Source: a virus. From it: a stretch of DNA of 45,268 nucleotides. Of this stretch, positions 44,919-45,268 are shown piece by piece. Under the pieces are notes generated by a model. It saw only the letters and a program-made list of their open reading frames with translations, was not told where the DNA came from and searched no databases. The DNA lies in the IMG/VR virus record IMGVR_UViG_3300045988_017036. The stretch is one strand, 5' to 3'. Both the position numbers and the translations under genes were made by a program. Numbering within the stretch: position 1 is the first letter of the stretch; the number at the start of each line of letters is the position of its first letter.

Positions 44919-45153
44919 TTACTTTCAGGTACTTGTTGCATTAGACCAATTAGTGAATACACTTTTTGGTGGTTATGCAGATGAAACGGTGTCTAGTCGA
45001 TCACATAGAGCTTACATTACAGGTAAGCGAAAGTGGACTAGAAATTTAATTAACCTATTATTCTTTTGGCAAGACGATCATTGTAAGGAGGCGTATGAAA
45101 GTGAACTTAATAGGTTACAATACCCTCCTGAATTTAGAGAGGATGCTAATTAA
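44905..45153 (+). CDS. hypothetical protein
   Basis: ATG at 44905 within track ORF 44890..45153. 82 aa. Confidence 0.4.
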   Translation: MRHPDYFQVLVALDQLVNTLFGGYADETVSSRSHRAYITGKRKWTRNLINLLFFWQDDHCKEAYESELNRLQYPPEFREDAN

Positions 45154-45183
45154 TAGATATGCTAAATAAAGACTTAATATTTA

Positions 45184-45268
45184 GCTTGATGTCAATAATG
45201 GGAGACAATATGTTGTTTCCAGACTTTGGTTCTACAACAGACACAATTACTCTAGACCCAAAAAAAAC
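45184..45268. repeat. 85-bp direct repeat, second copy of 1..85
   Basis: Exact identity to the window start. Confidence 0.9.

Overview
This window is essentially a complete, circularly permuted genome (about 45.18 kb) of a T7-like podophage (Autographiviridae-type) with low GC content. Bases 1..85 are repeated exactly at 45184..45268. All convincing genes lie on the + strand in canonical T7 order, but the linear layout has been rotated. In window order it runs: tail fibers, an nrdD/glutaredoxin module, holin, terminase small and large subunits, a ~1.2-kb non-coding region with sigma70-like promoters (the probable genome ends), early genes, a single-subunit RNA polymerase, SSB, endonuclease I, an amidase lysozyme with Rz and an embedded Rz1, tRNAs, a MazG-like protein, ThyX, primase-helicase, DNA polymerase, 5'-3' exonuclease, portal, scaffold, major capsid, tail tube A and B, internal virion proteins and the tail fiber again. 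The standout feature is an unusually high density of mobile introns. I count five closely related group I introns, each carrying the conserved R element (GTTCAACGACTAG or AGAGACTAT) and S element (AAGATATAGTCYGA) followed by a hairpin. They interrupt nrdD twice, the large terminase, the DNA polymerase and the major capsid gene. Four carry HNH homing endonucleases; the fifth carries a 180-aa ORF of a family I do not recognise. Exon junctions were placed by protein homology to T7 gp19, gp5 and gp10 and to NrdD, and by P1 (exon-IGS) pairing; P1 supports the 5' junction cleanly for four introns (nrdD intron 1, terL, DNA polymerase, capsid), while nrdD intron 2's 5' junction is only weakly supported. 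There is also a free-standing LAGLIDADG endonuclease. Other points of interest are a recurring 22-nt phage-promoter-like motif, 20-bp tandem iterons upstream of the primase gene, a type II (long variable arm) tRNA with a UCU anticodon, and an abnormally long tRNA-like element. All of this was read by eye from the sequence and is checkable with an Rfam/Infernal group I intron covariance-model search, tRNAscan-SE or ARAGORN, HMM searches and RT-PCR across the splice junctions.
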